DNA of 63,291 nt, the filler included, from Octopus bimaculoides (Eukaryota): assembly GCF_001194135.2 (NCBI RefSeq). It is 5 parts of 5 records of this genome, joined end to end, with 100 filler letters (N's around TTAATTAATTAA, not from the genome) between each part and the next. Parts side by side here need not be neighbours in the genome. Positions count along the whole stretch, not along the records: positions 60,291 to 63,291 come from NC_069009.1; 4 more parts are not named here. One strand, written 5' to 3'. Both the position numbers and the translations under genes were made by a program. Below, piece after piece: positions 61,538-63,291 of this stretch (position 1 is its first letter; each line of letters opens with the position of its first letter). Below the pieces are notes generated by a model that searched no databases, was not told the origin of the DNA, and saw only the letters and a list, made by a program, of their open reading frames with translations.

Positions 61538-62850
61538 CTACGACAGGCTTCTTCCAGTTTCCATCTACCAAATCCACTCACAGGGCTTTGGTCGGCTTGA
61601 GGCTATAGTAGAAGACACTTGCCCAATGTGCCACTCAATAGGACTGAACCCGGAAGCATGTGGTTGGGAAACAAGCTTGTTACCACACAGCTACGTTTTC
61701 TGGAGTCATTACATTCTTTGACCAGCCTCCCGCGTCTTTGAACTGTCTGCCCAATCTCCTGTGATGTGTTGTTCATCGCTGACATCAGAAGAACAAACAC
61801 AGACCCTGACGTCATAACCTCTCGACACTGGACGATCCCATGGAGTTTCTTCTTTTGTTATGTCACACCTCCATCAGGAATTGTAAGTTTTATACATAAA
61901 GGCATTGTTACTGGAACATGAAATTAATGAATGTAGTATACAATTACGTATATTATATCTAATGAAATATTTCGTGTAATATAAGAGAAATGAATTAAAA
62001 ATTGTTTGGTATGAGTCTGTCTGCTTGTTTCGATATTCTTGCTCGCAGAACGTTAGAACCTGGCTACGCTGTTGCGTTATCATATTTCTGTTGAAGTACA
62101 CTGCCTTTGTTTCAATTAATCTTTAAAATAATTAAGAATTTATAGTAAAAGAACTTTGTCATTATTAAGTCGGTGTTTGAAGCATAAATTAACATGAAAT
62201 TTTGATGGACGGTTTTATTTTAGACCACTTTAATCCTTTTGTTAACGTATTTCTGTTGAAATTCACTGCTTTTGTTTCAATAAATTTTGAAAACAATGAA
62301 GAATTTAGTAAAATAACTTAAGCTGGTGCTTGGCATGACCAGAATTATCAGGAAAGTATTAGATGGTTGGAAAGAACGAACAGCATGGTACCGTAGGCTG
62401 TAGGTAGCAAGCCCGCTACGTATGAAAAACTACAGCGAGTTCCAACGAAACCTGAGTGAAAAGAAACAATAATCCTTTCTAATGGAAGCACAAGGCCTCA
62501 AATTTGTGGGGAGGGGACTGGTCAGTCACATCGACGCCAATGTTTCACTGGTACTTGATTTATCGACCCTGAAAGGATGAAAGGCAAAGTCGACCTCGGC
62601 AGAATTCGAACTCAGAGCGTGAAAACGGACGAAATACCGCTAAGCCAGTCGATTAGATCGAATCCAGTACGCAACTGGTACTTAATTTATCGACCCCGAA
62701 ACGATGGAAGGCAAAGTCGACCTCGAAGGAGTTTGAACTCAGAACATAAAGACGGACGAAATACCGCTAGGCATTTCGTCCGGCGTGCTAACGTTTCTGC
62801 CAGCTTGCTGCCTTCGGTGAAAAGGAAACAATAATAATAACAACAACAAC

Positions 62851-63291
62851 AACAAGATCACTCAGAGAGCGCAAACCTCTGCCAAGGCAACACCAACACC
62901 CTCTCGATGATTAGCCAGAGATGATTTTTTAAATGAGAATATCTGAAATTAACTCGACTGTTCTCACAAACTAAAAATGAACCCGACCGCTCTCAAAAAT
63001 TAATTTAAGAAAACAGGAAAAAAAATCCAGAACCTTTGTCCAGTACCGAATCAATCCCAAAACTTAATCAGTTTGTGCCAGTTATGAGGTCAAACATCTC
63101 TGAAAGTTTCATTCGAATCTATCCAGCAGTTCTTGAGATATCTTGTCCATGGACAGACAAACAAATACGACTGAAAACAATACAATGATAATAATATATA
63201 ACAAGAGCACTCAGAGAGCACAAACCTCTGCCAAGACAACACCAACACCCTCTCGATGATTAGCCTGAGATGATTTTTAAAATGAGAATAT
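62851..63291 (+). mobile_element. Two tandem HINE-like elements (62851-63183 and 63200 to window end)
   Basis: ~90-bp 5' block AACAAGA.CACTCAGAGAGC.CAAACCTCTGCCAAG.CAACACC...AAATGAGAATAT is repeated. The first copy ends GGACAGACAAACAAATACGACTGAAAACAATA, as at 45481. Confidence 0.55.

Noticed and set aside
1-63291. Numerous 60-370 aa ORFs (MYVC-, HTYI-, poly-X, poly-Y, LSLS-type)
   Set aside because: They are translations of microsatellites or N gaps with no domain content.
1-63291. CRISPR arrays, rRNA genes, genuine tRNA genes, viral or prokaryotic operons
   Set aside because: None seen. The tRNA-like boxes all belong to SINE heads, and the repeats are SINEs or microsatellites without spacer structure.

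Overview
Eukaryotic, AT-rich, microsatellite- and transposon-dense animal DNA. It is probably from an octopod cephalopod; this is inferred from recalled SINE families and was not verified. The window is five sequence blocks joined by four identical 100-nt artificial spacers (44 N + TTAATTAATTAA + 44 N), plus many ordinary N gaps. The only host gene I can support is three consecutive + strand exons (2253-2384, 5699-5791, 7202-7259) of a white-type ABCG half-transporter transmembrane domain; its remaining exons are not visible. The rest is decayed mobile DNA: a mariner, a Penelope-like element (RT + GIY-YIG), a Tc1-like 5' fragment, a FLYWCH/MULE-like fragment, an internally deleted Chapaev3 with intact ends and TAA TSD, a near-complete but decayed RTE LINE, RTE-X, CR1/L2-like and R4/Dong-like fragments, several MITE/foldback elements, Helentron/HINE-like elements and dozens of tRNA-derived SINEs. 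Most supplied ORFs are microsatellite or N-gap artefacts. I found no clearly new multi-gene system. The most interesting leads are hammerhead-ribozyme-like motifs (one sense-oriented in a white intron), long intronic foldbacks, and a palindromic element carrying head-to-head telomere-type repeats.
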